DNA from: Thermodesulfobacteriota bacterium
GTDB taxonomy: Bacteria > Desulfobacterota_D > UBA1144 > Nemesobacterales > JAJCZQ01
Length of the DNA stretch: 64,000 bases
Assembly: GCA_965203965.1 (NCBI GenBank)
Contig: CBDBDR010000017.1
Location: 1,184,001-1,248,000 of the forward strand
Direction of reading: 5' to 3'
Under the pieces are notes generated by a model. The model was not told the DNA's origin, did no database searches, and saw only the letters and a program-made list of their open reading frames with translations. The position numbers and the translations under genes were made by a program. Positions 1-10,693 of the stretch are shown here, piece after piece. Position 1 is the stretch's first letter, and each line of letters starts with the position of its first letter.

Positions 1-2
1 GT

Positions 3-152
3 TCCGACTTTCGCGGTTTGCGCCGTTTGCAATCCGCCATGGGAGACTCTTTCCAAGGTGGCGTGGTGCTTTATAGTGGCGAAAAAATGCTTAACTTCGG
101 AGAAAAACTGTATGCTGTTCCAATACAACGTTTGTGGGATAATAAGATCTGA
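3..152 (+). CDS. C-terminal fragment of an AAA_14/DUF4143-type ATP-binding protein (5' end outside window)
   Basis: Not in the ORF track. Frame from nt 3 reads SDFRGLRRLQSAMGDSFQGGVVLYSGEKMLNFGEKLYAVPIQRLWDNKI*, resembling DUF4143 C-termini (DF.GL..L....F..GVVLY.G......FG..L.AVPI..LW). Its TGA (150-152) abuts the hsdR ATG (153). Confidence 0.7.
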   Translation, partial: SDFRGLRRLQSAMGDSFQGGVVLYSGEKMLNFGEKLYAVPIQRLWDNKI

Positions 153-3100
153 ATGACCACCCTTTACGAATCAGACATTGAAGAACATACGATAGCCTTG
201 CTCCAACAGCAGGGGTATAAATACATTTCTTTTAAACAGCAAGAAGCTGAAAGGAAGGGTGCGTCGGATGTTATCCTTCACGACCGCCTTAAAAATGGGA
301 TTTATAAACTCAATCCGAAATTGCCTGAAAATGTTCGCGAGCAAGCACTGCGGGAAGTTGTCGCCCTCTCCGGTCAAAACCTGATAGAAAGCAACGAAAA
401 ATTTTACGAAATGCTGATAGAGGGAATTAAGGAAGAATATCAAAAAGACGGAGAAACTGTTGGAGCGCAGGTCAAGTTGATGGATTTTGAATATCCACAA
501 AACAATGACTTTGCCGTCTGCAACCAGTTTACTGTTACGGAAAACAACACAACAAAACGTCCCGATATTGTTATTTTTATTAACGGTTTGCCCGTTGCGG
601 TGGTTGAATTAAAAAACCCGACCGATGAAAAAGCAACTGCTCAAAAAGCGTTTGACCAACTGCAAAACTATAAACAGACAATACCGACCTTGTTTTGCTA
701 CAACGGTGTTCTGGTTGCCTCGGACGGTCTTGAAGCAAGAGCCGGTTCGCTGACTTCCGGTTGGTCGCGTTTTATGGTGTGGAAAACCGTGGACGGCGTA
801 AAAGAAGATACCAAAACAACCCCTCAAATAGAAACTCTGATAAAAGGAATGCTCCGCCCCGATGTGCTGATAGACCTGATCAGAAATTTTACGGTTTTTG
901 AAAGCGCGAAAGACGAAAACACGCAAACGGGATTAATAACCGTTAAAAAAGAAAAGAAAATTGCCTCTTACCACCAATACCATGCCGTAAAAGAAGCGGT
1001 TGGATCAACGATCAGGGCATTGTGTAGGGAGAGTCGAACGGTTTTGCATGAAAAACCCGAAGGATACGGATTACCAAGCGTTAAAGACCAACCCGAAGGA
1101 GACTGCAAGGCGGGAGTTGTATGGCATACGCAGGGAAGCGGTAAGTCCCTTTCTATGCTTTTTTACGCCGGGTTGATCGCAACAAGCAAAGAAATGGCAA
1201 ATCCCACCGTTGTTGTTATCACAGACCGCAACGATCTTGACGATCAGTTGTTTGACGCATTTGTTGCAGGCGAAAGACTTCTCAGACAATCCCCCGTTCA
1301 AGCAACAAACCGCCAACATCTGAAAGAACTTTTACAAACGGCAAGCGGTGGAGTTGTATTTTCCACAATTCAGAAATTCTCACCGGAAGGCGACAGTGAA
1401 AATTTTGAACTTCTTTCAAACAGAAGCAACATTGTTGTTATCGCCGATGAAGCACACCGCAGCCAATACGGGTTTGCCGCGACAACTCATTTTATAAAAG
1501 ACGGTGTGAAAACAAGATACGGATTTGCAAAATACTTGAGAGATGCCCTGCCCAGTGCTTCATTTATAGGATTTACTGCCACACCGATTGAAACTGAAGA
1601 TGTTTCAACTCCGGCGGTTTTCGGTAATTACATTGATGTTTACGACATAGAGCAGGCGGTTGAAGACGGGGCAACCGTGCCAATTTATTACGAATCACGC
1701 CTTGTTGAAGTTCATCTCAAAGAAGAAGAAAGGGATAGGTTGGATGCTGAAGTTGAATCAATAACCGAGAGTAGTGAATCAACGGCAACTGAAAAAGCAA
1801 AAGTAAAATGGACAAGGGTTGAAGCCATAATCGGACATACAGAACGCGTAAAAACAGTTGTAAAAGACATTCTAGGTCATTTTGATGCAAGACGCGAAGC
1901 ATGGAACGGCAAGGCGATGATCGTCGCCACAAGCAGACGCATAGCGGTTGAGATGTATGATGAAATAATTGCCTTGCGTTCTGAGTGGCATAATGATGAC
2001 AAAGACAAGGGTAAGATAAAGGTCATTATGACCTCATCGTCAAGCGACCCGGTGGAGTGGCAGAAACACACGACCACAAAACAGGAAAGAAAAGAGATCA
2101 GGCAAAGGTTCATTGACCCCGAAGACCCTTTACAGATCGTTATTGTGCGCGATATGTGGCTGACGGGTTTTGACGCTCCGTGTCTGGACGCGATCTATAT
2201 TGACAAACTTATGAGCGGACACAATTTGATGCAGGCAATCGCCCGTGTAAATAGGGTTTACAAGGACAAAACCGGCGGACTTGTTGTTGATTATATTGGG
2301 ATAGGGTCTGATCTGACACGCGCCCTTTCTTTATACACCAAAAGCGGAGGCAAGGGAGAGCCGACCGTTGATAGAGAAAAAGCGATCGAAAAAATGCTGG
2401 AAAAATACGAAGTGGTTCGTGATATGTTCGGAAATTTTAATTACAAAGAGTATTTTGACGCCGACACCGGAGAGAAATTAAAAATTATCCTTGAAGCCGA
2501 AGAGTATATTCTCGGACTCAAAGACGGAAAGGAAAGATTTACAAAAGAGGTCAATCTGCTTTTAAAAACATTTGCCCTTTCGGTTCCCGACCCAAGAGCA
2601 ATGGACATAAAAGCTGAAGTTGGGTTTTTTCAGGCAGTTAAATCCCGCATTAATAAATTTGAACCAGAAGGAAGCGGAAGAAGCGATGCTGAGATTGAAA
2701 CCGCGATCAGGCAAATTGTTGATAGAGCCGTTGTTGTGGAAGGTGTGATAGATATTTTTGATGCCGCCGGAATTAAAAAACCTGATATTGCAATTCTTTC
2801 TGATGATTTTCTTGAAGAAGTAAAAGGAATGAAACACAAAAATCTTGCTCTGGAACTGCTCAAAAGACTGCTGAACGATGAAATAACAAAAAGGACAAAA
2901 AAGAACCTTGTCCAAAGCAAAAGATTCTCCGAAATGTTGGAAGAGTCTATTAGAAAATACAAAAACAACCTGCTGACCGCCGCAGAGGTCATAGAGGAAT
3001 TAATTCGGATCGCAAAAGATATCCATGTGTCCGATGAAAGATCCTCGGAGATGGGCTTGTCCGATGACGAAGTTGCTTTTTATGACGCGCTTGCGATGAA

Positions 3101-3341
3101 TGAAAGCGCAAAAGATTTGATGGGCGATGAAACCTTACGGGAACTTGCACGTATGCTTGTGGAAAGAGTGAAAAAGAACACCTCTATTGACTGGACAATA
3201 AAAGAGAGCGTCAGGGCAAATTTGAGAGCAATTGTTAAACGGCTTTTGAGAAAATACGGTTACCCACCGGATCAACAGAAAATAGCAACGGATAGAATAA
3301 TGGAACAAGCGGAACTGCTGGCAGACGTATGGGTTTCTTGA
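153..3341 (+). CDS. hsdR: Type I restriction enzyme, R subunit
   Basis: PD-(D/E)xK nuclease motif RPDIVIFINGLPVAVVELK, Walker A HTQGSGKS, DEAH box IADEAHRSQYG, MWLTGFDAP, LMQAIARVNR, and a helical C-terminus ending LLRKYGYPPD. Confidence 0.96.
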   Translation: MTTLYESDIEEHTIALLQQQGYKYISFKQQEAERKGASDVILHDRLKNGIYKLNPKLPENVREQALREVVALSGQNLIESNEKFYEMLIEGIKEEYQKDGETVGAQVKLMDFEYPQNNDFAVCNQFTVTENNTTKRPDIVIFINGLPVAVVELKNPTDEKATAQKAFDQLQNYKQTIPTLFCYNGVLVASDGLEARAGSLTSGWSRFMVWKTVDGVKEDTKTTPQIETLIKGMLRPDVLIDLIRNFTVFESAKDENTQTGLITVKKEKKIASYHQYHAVKEAVGSTIRALCRESRTVLHEKPEGYGLPSVKDQPEGDCKAGVVWHTQGSGKSLSMLFYAGLIATSKEMANPTVVVITDRNDLDDQLFDAFVAGERLLRQSPVQATNRQHLKELLQTASGGVVFSTIQKFSPEGDSENFELLSNRSNIVVIADEAHRSQYGFAATTHFIKDGVKTRYGFAKYLRDALPSASFIGFTATPIETEDVSTPAVFGNYIDVYDIEQAVEDGATVPIYYESRLVEVHLKEEERDRLDAEVESITESSESTATEKAKVKWTRVEAIIGHTERVKTVVKDILGHFDARREAWNGKAMIVATSRRIAVEMYDEIIALRSEWHNDDKDKGKIKVIMTSSSSDPVEWQKHTTTKQERKEIRQRFIDPEDPLQIVIVRDMWLTGFDAPCLDAIYIDKLMSGHNLMQAIARVNRVYKDKTGGLVVDYIGIGSDLTRALSLYTKSGGKGEPTVDREKAIEKMLEKYEVVRDMFGNFNYKEYFDADTGEKLKIILEAEEYILGLKDGKERFTKEVNLLLKTFALSVPDPRAMDIKAEVGFFQAVKSRINKFEPEGSGRSDAEIETAIRQIVDRAVVVEGVIDIFDAAGIKKPDIAILSDDFLEEVKGMKHKNLALELLKRLLNDEITKRTKKNLVQSKRFSEMLEESIRKYKNNLLTAAEVIEELIRIAKDIHVSDERSSEMGLSDDEVAFYDALAMNESAKDLMGDETLRELARMLVERVKKNTSIDWTIKESVRANLRAIVKRLLRKYGYPPDQQKIATDRIMEQAELLADVWVS

Positions 3342-3434
3342 AACGTCATTAAGTGAAATACAGTTTTATGTCTTCAACTCTGTATTCCAAGGTTGCTTTT
3401 TATCCCTATTCTCCTTCTGTGATCTATCTCTAAG

Positions 3435-5867
3435 TCAGTGTTGCCCAGCTGGTTGTTTCATAGCCCCCTCTTGGGCGGTTCCTATCAGTTCTGGTGGAAC
3501 AAAAAGGTCTTTGAGTATATTGTCATCCGATATTATGGTTTGACTGATAACTTCATCCATGTGATCAACTAACTTTATCTCAATATCTTTTAGTATCTTT
3601 TTCGAAATATCCTTAGTATCTTTTTCGTTTTCTTTTGGAACGATCACTTTTTTAACTCCGCCCCTGTGTGCAGCCATCATTTTTTCTTTCAATCCACCTA
3701 TTGCAAGAACGTTTCCGCGAAGCGTTATTTCTCCAGTCATAGCCACGTCCTTTCTGATAGGTTTTTTAACTAGAGCACTCACGATCGCGGTTGCAATTGC
3801 AATACCTGCCGATGGACCATCTTTGGGAGTTGCTCCTTCCGGCACGTGGATGTGAATATCAACCTTCTGGTAGAAATATCTTTCCAAGCTAAGTTGTTCT
3901 GCCCTATTTCTGACGTAGCTCATTGCCGCTTGGGCGGATTCCTGCATTACCTCTCCCAGTTTGCCGGTTACTTTAAAATTGCCTTTTCCCGGAACGATAG
4001 AGACCTCTATGGTAAGAAGTTCGCCTCCCACTTCTGTCCACGCAAGTCCCGTTGCAGCACCAGTCTGGTCTTTTTCCTCTATCTCTCCGTATTTATACTT
4101 GGCTATACCAAGATATTTATGAATGTTGCTCGCATTCACTTTGACCTTGAACTTGTTTTCCTTACCTTTTTTCACAACCTCTCTTGCTACTTTTCTGCAA
4201 AGGGTTGCTATTTCTCTTTCCAACGTTCTCACACCTGATTCTCTGGTGTATTTTCTGATAATGGTCAGCAAGCCTCCGTCGTTTATGTGAAAGTTGTCAT
4301 TGGTTAAACCATGCGATTCAAGCTGTTTTCCAAGCAGGAAATTTTTGGATATTTGTAACTTATCATCCTCAGTATAGCCGGGAACCCTGATGATCTCCAT
4401 TCTATCCTGAAGTGCCCAGGGGATAGTGTGTAAGACGTTGGCAGTGGTTATGAACAGCACATTTGAAAGGTCATAATCAACCTCTATGTAGTGATCGTTA
4501 AAATTCTTGTTTTGCTCGGGATCGAGAGCTTCAAGCAACGCTGAAGCTGGATCGCCTCTAAAATCCATGCCAAGTTTGTCTATCTCGTCCAGGAGGAACA
4601 CGGGGTTCTTTGTTCCCGCTTTTCTCATGCCCTGAATTATCTTTCCGGGAAGCGCTCCGATGTAAGTTCTGCGGTGTCCCCTTATTTCTGCCTCATCCCT
4701 AACTCCGCCTAGCGATACCCTGACGAATTTTCTTCCCATTGCTCTTGCTATTGACTTTGCTAGAGAAGTTTTTCCCACTCCCGGAGGACCAACAAAGCAA
4801 AGTATAGGACCTTTGAGCTTTTCAGTTAGTACCCTGACCGCAAGGTGCTCTAAGATCCGCTCCTTGGGCTTTTCAAGACCATAGTGGTCTTCATCCAGTA
4901 TTTTTGAGGCTTCATCAATGTCAAGACGGTCTTCGGTAAATTCTTTAACCCACGGAAGTTCCATGAGCCAATCAATATAGTTCCTGACAACTGTTGCCTC
5001 AGCGGACATTGAGGACATTGTTTTGAGTTTTTTTAACTCACGCTCAACCCTTTTTTCAATCTCTTCCGGAAGTCCTTTGGTTTTAAGCCCCTCTTCAAAT
5101 TCCTGAATATCTGTTTTTAAATCATCTTTTTCTCCCAACTCTTTTTGAATGGCTTTCATCTGTTCGGTAAGATAGTATTCCCTCTGTGCCTTTTCCATCT
5201 GTTTCTTCACGCGTTTACCGATCCGCTTTTCTATTTCAAGTATCTCTACCTCTTCCTGCATTTTTCCGTATAGCTTTTCCAGCCTGTTGAGGGGATCGAG
5301 AATTTCAAGGATTGATTGCTTATCTTGCAGTTTGAGATTCAAGTGTGCCACGATGGTGTCGGATAGCCTGCCCACGTCATCCATTGAAGTAATGGTGGCG
5401 AGTACTTCATTCGGTATCTTCTTGTTTAGTTTTGTGTAACCCTCAAAAGCTCTGACCACTGATCTCGTCAGTGCGTCTGCCTCAATGCCTTTTACCTCCT
5501 CGTCTTTCTGCTCTTCTACCTTTACTACGAAAAACCTGTCGTCAGGAACAAATCCCGTTATCTTTCCCCTGCCTTTTCCTTCAACTAGAACTTTGACGGT
5601 GCCGTCGGGAAGTCTTAGCATCTGAACAATTACCCCGATCGTGCCAAATCTAAAAATGTCATTTTCCTTAGGATCGTTGACCTTTGCTTCCTTCTGTGCG
5701 GAAAGAAATATCTCCTTATTTCCCTTCATTGCTTCTTCAAGTGCTTTTATTGATCTCTCTCTGCCAACAAAAAGAGGAGCAACCATGTATGGAAACATTA
5801 CAACGTCTCTTAGAGGTAAAAGTGGTAGATGTTTTTCCTTGTTTTCTTCAAGATTTACTGTGCTCAT
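3435..5867 (-). CDS. lon: ATP-dependent Lon protease
   Basis: N-terminal LPLLPLRD, Walker [17 protein letters not shown], catalytic [20 protein letters not shown] upstream of the ATG. Confidence 0.98.
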   Translation of the reverse strand: MSTVNLEENKEKHLPLLPLRDVVMFPYMVAPLFVGRERSIKALEEAMKGNKEIFLSAQKEAKVNDPKENDIFRFGTIGVIVQMLRLPDGTVKVLVEGKGRGKITGFVPDDRFFVVKVEEQKDEEVKGIEADALTRSVVRAFEGYTKLNKKIPNEVLATITSMDDVGRLSDTIVAHLNLKLQDKQSILEILDPLNRLEKLYGKMQEEVEILEIEKRIGKRVKKQMEKAQREYYLTEQMKAIQKELGEKDDLKTDIQEFEEGLKTKGLPEEIEKRVERELKKLKTMSSMSAEATVVRNYIDWLMELPWVKEFTEDRLDIDEASKILDEDHYGLEKPKERILEHLAVRVLTEKLKGPILCFVGPPGVGKTSLAKSIARAMGRKFVRVSLGGVRDEAEIRGHRRTYIGALPGKIIQGMRKAGTKNPVFLLDEIDKLGMDFRGDPASALLEALDPEQNKNFNDHYIEVDYDLSNVLFITTANVLHTIPWALQDRMEIIRVPGYTEDDKLQISKNFLLGKQLESHGLTNDNFHINDGGLLTIIRKYTRESGVRTLEREIATLCRKVAREVVKKGKENKFKVKVNASNIHKYLGIAKYKYGEIEEKDQTGAATGLAWTEVGGELLTIEVSIVPGKGNFKVTGKLGEVMQESAQAAMSYVRNRAEQLSLERYFYQKVDIHIHVPEGATPKDGPSAGIAIATAIVSALVKKPIRKDVAMTGEITLRGNVLAIGGLKEKMMAAHRGGVKKVIVPKENEKDTKDISKKILKDIEIKLVDHMDEVISQTIISDDNILKDLFVPPELIGTAQEGAMKQPAGQH

Positions 5868-6055
5868 TACCTCACCTCCCGGTAGGTGTTATTTGAAAGA
5901 CTTCTTAGTATGTATTTATTATACATCATCTTTAAGTATTACTACCAATCAATAATTGAATTTAATACACGTTTTGATTTAGGCAATAGCGCATTTTCTT
6001 ATTCCGAATTTGCCTGCCTAATAGAATTTCATCCCTGACTGCTGATCTATACCAC

Positions 6056-6083
6056 TTGAAGTTAAACCTGTCTTTGTTAAAAT
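6056..6083 (+). promoter_or_regulatory. Putative sigma70 promoter for ispH-glycerate kinase-dnaB
   Basis: TTGAAG-N16-TAAAAT with extended -10 TG at 6075-6076; supports the ATG at 6101 over the TTG at 6056. Confidence 0.45.
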
Positions 6084-6100
6084 CAGCGTCTGAAACGATC

Positions 6101-7024
6101 ATGAGGGTAATAGTGGCAAAACCCAGAGGATTCTGTGCCGGTGTTGACAGAGCTATAGACATAGTAGAAAAGGCACTTGAGCAATATGGCCCGCCAATTT
6201 ATGTTCGGCATGCCATAGTGCATAATAGGAGGGTTGTTGATTCGCTCAAGGAAAAAGGGGTGGTTTTTGTTGAAGAGATAGATGAGATAAAAGACGCAAA
6301 TGCCCCCGTCATATTCAGTGCCCATGGGGTCAGTCCGGCGGTGTTTGAAGAATCCAAAAACAGAAATCTACAAGTTATGGATGCCGTCTGTCCGCTTGTT
6401 ACAAAGGTTCATAACGAGGTTAAAAACTATGCCAGTATGGATTATACAGTAGTATTGATAGGCCATAGAACCCACGTGGAAGTTATTGGCACAAGAGGCG
6501 AAGCCCCGGACAAGGTCATGGTTGTAGAATCGGTTGAGGAAGTTCTGCAACTTGAGATCAAAGATCCTGATAAAGTGGCTTATGTAACGCAGACAACCTT
6601 GAGTGTTGATGATACCAAAGAGATAATTAAAGCACTAAAGGAAAGGTTTCCGAAAATGGTCAGTCCTTCAAAGCTCGACATCTGTTATGCAACACAGAAC
6701 AGGCAGGACGCCGTAAAAGAGCTTGCGAGGCACGCGGAAGTGATCTTTATCGTAGGGTCGCACGAAAGTTCCAATTCAAACAGGTTGGTTGAAGTTGCCA
6801 AATCCCACGGTGTAGAAAACTCCTACCTGATAGAAGGTTCTGAAAATATTGATGAGAAAATGATCACTGATTGCCCCACCATAGGTTTGAGCTCGGGAGC
6901 TTCAACTCCTGAATTTGTGATAAGGGAAGTAATAAACAAACTGAAAGAACTTGGAGTTAAAGAAGTTGAGGAACTGGAAGGTAAAGACGAATATACAAGG
7001 TTTCCATTTCCCGATCCGATTTGA
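6101..7024 (+). CDS. ispH: 4-hydroxy-3-methylbut-2-enyl diphosphate reductase
   Basis: PRGFCAGV, SAHG, DAVCPLV, ICYATQNRQ, SSNSNRL motifs; start moved to ATG 6101 (MRVIVAKPRGFC). Confidence 0.97.
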   Translation: MRVIVAKPRGFCAGVDRAIDIVEKALEQYGPPIYVRHAIVHNRRVVDSLKEKGVVFVEEIDEIKDANAPVIFSAHGVSPAVFEESKNRNLQVMDAVCPLVTKVHNEVKNYASMDYTVVLIGHRTHVEVIGTRGEAPDKVMVVESVEEVLQLEIKDPDKVAYVTQTTLSVDDTKEIIKALKERFPKMVSPSKLDICYATQNRQDAVKELARHAEVIFIVGSHESSNSNRLVEVAKSHGVENSYLIEGSENIDEKMITDCPTIGLSSGASTPEFVIREVINKLKELGVKEVEELEGKDEYTRFPFPDPI

Positions 7025-7039
7025 ATCTGAAAATACACC

Positions 7040-8371
7040 ATGTCCACTGAAATACTACGCAAAGATGCAAGAGAAATATTCAACGCGGCATTGAAGGCGG
7101 CGGATCCCGGTAGATGTATATCAGAGCACGTCTCTATTAATGAAGGTACATTAAAAGTGGATTCCCGAGAGTATCAAATTGCCGATTACAAGTCAGTATA
7201 CGTTGTTGCTTTTGGCAAAGCAGCCTCGTCAATGGCGAGATCGGTTGAGACGTTACTTGGGAACAGCATCACAGAGGGGATCGTTATTTCCAACTCCAAG
7301 CCTGATCGCTCCTTTAGTTTTATGGATTTTTATCTTTCAGATCACCCAGTGCCAGGTGATAAGAGCCTGCGATCAGCAATTAAGGTTACAAGCCTCCTTG
7401 ATAAGGCAGGTGAAGATGATCTCGTCATATTTCTAATATCGGGCGGGGGAAGTTCACTGCTGGCAATGCCGAGAGAAGGGATCAGTATAGAGGAAAAACA
7501 GAAGGTTACCATGCAGCTCCTTCTGTCGGGTGTGGATACCCACGGGCTCAACACGGTGAGAAAGAAACTTTCACAAATCAAAGGGGGAGGTTTGCTGAAA
7601 AAAGCTATCCCGGCGCAGATCATCACACTGATCCTGTCGGATGTGGTGGGAGACAAATTAGACGTGATAGCCTCGGGACCGACGTTTGCTGATACCACGA
7701 CCTTTGAAGAGGCATGGAGAGTTATAGAAGCCCTTAAACTGGAACACGTCATTCCCCCCAAGATCCTCGTGCATCTTGACAAGGGCAGAAAGGGTTTGAT
7801 ACCGAACCTGTTGAGCAAAGAAGAGCTTGGCTTTGATAATCAGCAGACGGTGGTAGTTGGCAACAATTTCAAATCGCTGGCAGAGGCGGAGAGGAAAGCA
7901 AAGGATCTTGGTTATAATACTTTGCTGCTTTCATCCCAGATAAGTGGTGAGGCAAGGGAAGTTGCAAAAGTCATAGCGGGAATAGCATTTGAAATTAAAA
8001 GACTGAATATCCCGGTAAAAAAGCCGGCTTGCATTATTTACGGCGGTGAAACAACAGTGAGCGTGACTGGCAGTGGTAGAGGCGGAAGAAATATGGAAAC
8101 TGCTATTGCTTTTTGCATGCACATAATGGGACATGAAAATATAGTAGGGCTGTTTTCAGGTACCGATGGCGTGGATGGCCCCACGGATGCAGCAGGTGCG
8201 ATCTGTGATGGAAACTCGAGACTTATGGCAAGAACGTTCAACTGGAGTGCAAGGGATCACCTTGCCGATAATAATTCATACAATTTTTTCAAAAAACTGG
8301 ATGATCTTATAAAAATAGGGCCAACGGGCACAAATGTCATGGATATTGGCATAGTTTTGATAGAAGATTAA
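7040..8371 (+). CDS. Glycerate 2-kinase family (DUF4147 + MOFRL)
   Basis: LISGGGSSL, IKGGGL, ILSDVVGD..IASGPT, GGETTV, GTDGVDG, GPTGTNVMD. Confidence 0.9.
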   Translation: MSTEILRKDAREIFNAALKAADPGRCISEHVSINEGTLKVDSREYQIADYKSVYVVAFGKAASSMARSVETLLGNSITEGIVISNSKPDRSFSFMDFYLSDHPVPGDKSLRSAIKVTSLLDKAGEDDLVIFLISGGGSSLLAMPREGISIEEKQKVTMQLLLSGVDTHGLNTVRKKLSQIKGGGLLKKAIPAQIITLILSDVVGDKLDVIASGPTFADTTTFEEAWRVIEALKLEHVIPPKILVHLDKGRKGLIPNLLSKEELGFDNQQTVVVGNNFKSLAEAERKAKDLGYNTLLLSSQISGEAREVAKVIAGIAFEIKRLNIPVKKPACIIYGGETTVSVTGSGRGGRNMETAIAFCMHIMGHENIVGLFSGTDGVDGPTDAAGAICDGNSRLMARTFNWSARDHLADNNSYNFFKKLDDLIKIGPTGTNVMDIGIVLIED

Positions 8372-8383
8372 GTTATTACCGCC

Positions 8384-9739
8384 ATGGAAAATATAAACAG
8401 CCCACTACCTCAAAGCGATGAAGCCGAAAAAGCAGTTCTCGGCTCCGTACTGATCGACAACAGTTCTATAAACGAGGTTATGGAAATTTTGCAGACGGAA
8501 GATTTTTATAAAGATGCTCACAGGAAGATATTCAACTCAATGATAGAGATTGACGAAAGTAGCAAGCCAATTGATATACTGACATTGTATGAATACTTGA
8601 AGAACAAAGGCAACCTTTTAGAGGAAGTTGGAGGGAGCTCCTATCTTACCTATTTGACAGAGTTGGTTCCTACAACTACCAACGTTTCTCACTATGCGAG
8701 GATAGTGAAGGACAAGTCCATACTGCGAAAAATAGTCATTACCTCTTTTGATATTGCACAGACTGCACAGAACGAAGATGTGGATCCTTCTCAATTTCTG
8801 GACAATGCAGAAAAAGCAATACTGGATATAGCCCAGAATCAGGTAAAGCCGGGTTTTTACAACTCAAAACAGCTTTCCCAACGGGCGCTTGAGATAATTG
8901 AAGCCACTTACGCAAAAGAGGGCTCTATTTCGGGTGTATCCACCGGGTTTGAGAAACTTGACAACCAGATGTCTGGTCTTATGAAGTCCGATCTGATAAT
9001 TGTTGCCGCAAGACCTGGTTTGGGAAAAACGTCTTTTTGTCTCAATCTCGCCTCTCATGCGGTGCTTAACAATGATCTCAAGGTTGGAATTTTCTCGCTT
9101 GAAATGTCCAGAGATCAGTTAATGCTCAGGCTTTTATCCATGAGATCCAAGGTCAACTACTCAAACATAAGAAGTGGTTACATTAGCAAGAAAGATCTGG
9201 AGTTGCTTTTCAAAGCTGCCGAGGATTACGGCAAGTCGCAACTGTTCATTGACGATTCACCCGCACTAACTGTTCTTGAAGTGAGAGCAAGGGCGAGAAG
9301 GCAGAAACGTGATAAGGGACTTGATCTGCTAATAGTAGATTATATTCAACTGATGCGAGGGCACAATAGGGCAGAGAATCGCGAAAGAGAGATCGCTATG
9401 ATATCCGCTTCACTCAAGACACTTGCCAAAGAGTTGGACATACCAGTTCTCGGTATTTCTCAACTCAGTAGACAAACCGAGACAAGATCGGACAGAAGAC
9501 CTCAGCTTGCAGATTTGAGAGAAAGTGGGGCTATTGAACAGGATGCTGATGTCGTGCTGTTCATACACAGGGGGGATGCCTACAAGAAAAACCCTGAAGA
9601 AAAGGACGGAACAGCCGAAGTAATAATTGGCAAACAGAGAAATGGGCCTGTGGGATCTATAAAACTTGCCTTTCTTGAAAAGTTTGGCATTCCAAGTTTT
9701 GAAAATCTTGCACCTGAATATGAAGATGAGTTTAACTAA
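8384..9739 (+). CDS. dnaB: Replicative DNA helicase
   Basis: AEKAVLGSVL, AARPGLGKT, FSLEMS, VDYIQL, SQLSR, DLRESGAIEQDAD, KQRNGP; no intein. Confidence 0.98.
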   Translation: MENINSPLPQSDEAEKAVLGSVLIDNSSINEVMEILQTEDFYKDAHRKIFNSMIEIDESSKPIDILTLYEYLKNKGNLLEEVGGSSYLTYLTELVPTTTNVSHYARIVKDKSILRKIVITSFDIAQTAQNEDVDPSQFLDNAEKAILDIAQNQVKPGFYNSKQLSQRALEIIEATYAKEGSISGVSTGFEKLDNQMSGLMKSDLIIVAARPGLGKTSFCLNLASHAVLNNDLKVGIFSLEMSRDQLMLRLLSMRSKVNYSNIRSGYISKKDLELLFKAAEDYGKSQLFIDDSPALTVLEVRARARRQKRDKGLDLLIVDYIQLMRGHNRAENREREIAMISASLKTLAKELDIPVLGISQLSRQTETRSDRRPQLADLRESGAIEQDADVVLFIHRGDAYKKNPEEKDGTAEVIIGKQRNGPVGSIKLAFLEKFGIPSFENLAPEYEDEFN

Positions 9740-10371
9740 ACAAGAAGGGGCTTGATCTTTGCTTTTGATCTGGTCTCTTTTCTATGAAGTTCCGGGTCGT
9801 TTTGCCAGCTTTTGAACGTGTTAAAATTAGTCAAAAATCTTTTTTTAATGGAATCCCAGAAAAATTCCCAGTCGTATTTTGTTTTTCTTCCCTCGAAAAA
9901 CTGTTTGTAAAACGTGTCCCTTTCTACTGCCCATCCTTTCTCGGCAAGCCACCCCGTACGCACATAGCCGTATCCGTTGCCAAATCCCATTGCAAAATTG
10001 CCCTCCAATCCAATCCTTGAAGCGGCTTTGGTTACCAGTTCAATAAAAACATACATCGCCTCAACTGATTGATAGCCCAGATCGGGCAACTTATCTTCCA
10101 TTACGAGTAAGTTTCTCAGAAAATACATCGGATAATAAGTTGGAGAATAAAAGGATACTGATTTTGTCGGGGATTTGAGCGGCTCCCGCAGTATAATGTC
10201 CTCATCAATAATTCCGACTATAAAATCTTCCCTACAAAAGTTTCCTGTATCACCACAAAGTTCAAGTGAAGTCCTGACGTTGTTCCACTCTCTCTCTGCA
10301 ATTTTCAAGGAAATGTTTAACTCTTCGGTTCCTTTTCTTTCCTGCTCTTTTATCAGATCCTCTAACTGCAT
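9736..10371 (-). CDS. Hypothetical protein (~211 aa)
   Basis: Only long ORF in the interval; SD-like AAGGTG before ATG 10371 (MQLEDLIKE); no family recognised. Confidence 0.75.
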   Translation of the reverse strand: MQLEDLIKEQERKGTEELNISLKIAEREWNNVRTSLELCGDTGNFCREDFIVGIIDEDIILREPLKSPTKSVSFYSPTYYPMYFLRNLLVMEDKLPDLGYQSVEAMYVFIELVTKAASRIGLEGNFAMGFGNGYGYVRTGWLAEKGWAVERDTFYKQFFEGRKTKYDWEFFWDSIKKRFLTNFNTFKSWQNDPELHRKETRSKAKIKPLLV

Positions 10372-10693
10372 GTCGCTCACCTTGATTGTATGATTTTCAA
10401 AACATACCTTTACAGAGTTTATTATCAATTTAACTGATATTACTTTGGGGGATTTATGTATTTTGTTGTTTGAAAGGTAGCTAATAAGTTATCATCCCTC
10501 CAAAGGAAGGAGAATGGACTACTCAATAAGAGTTGCACTTGCAAGTTGAATTCACACTTATATATAATCTACCTTGATGTCCGTTTTTTTAATAAGAACA
10601 CAAACAAGGTTTGGATATGACACAATTCACAGAGTTAACGTAGACCAATTTGAGGGGCTGTGTAAGTTACACGACCTCTAAACTGAAATACTA

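Noticed and set aside
10514..10549. 11-codon ORF MDYSIRVALAS after AAGGAAGGAG, faintly like a tmRNA tag
   Set aside because: No tmRNA tRNA-like ends nearby, and too short to support as a gene.
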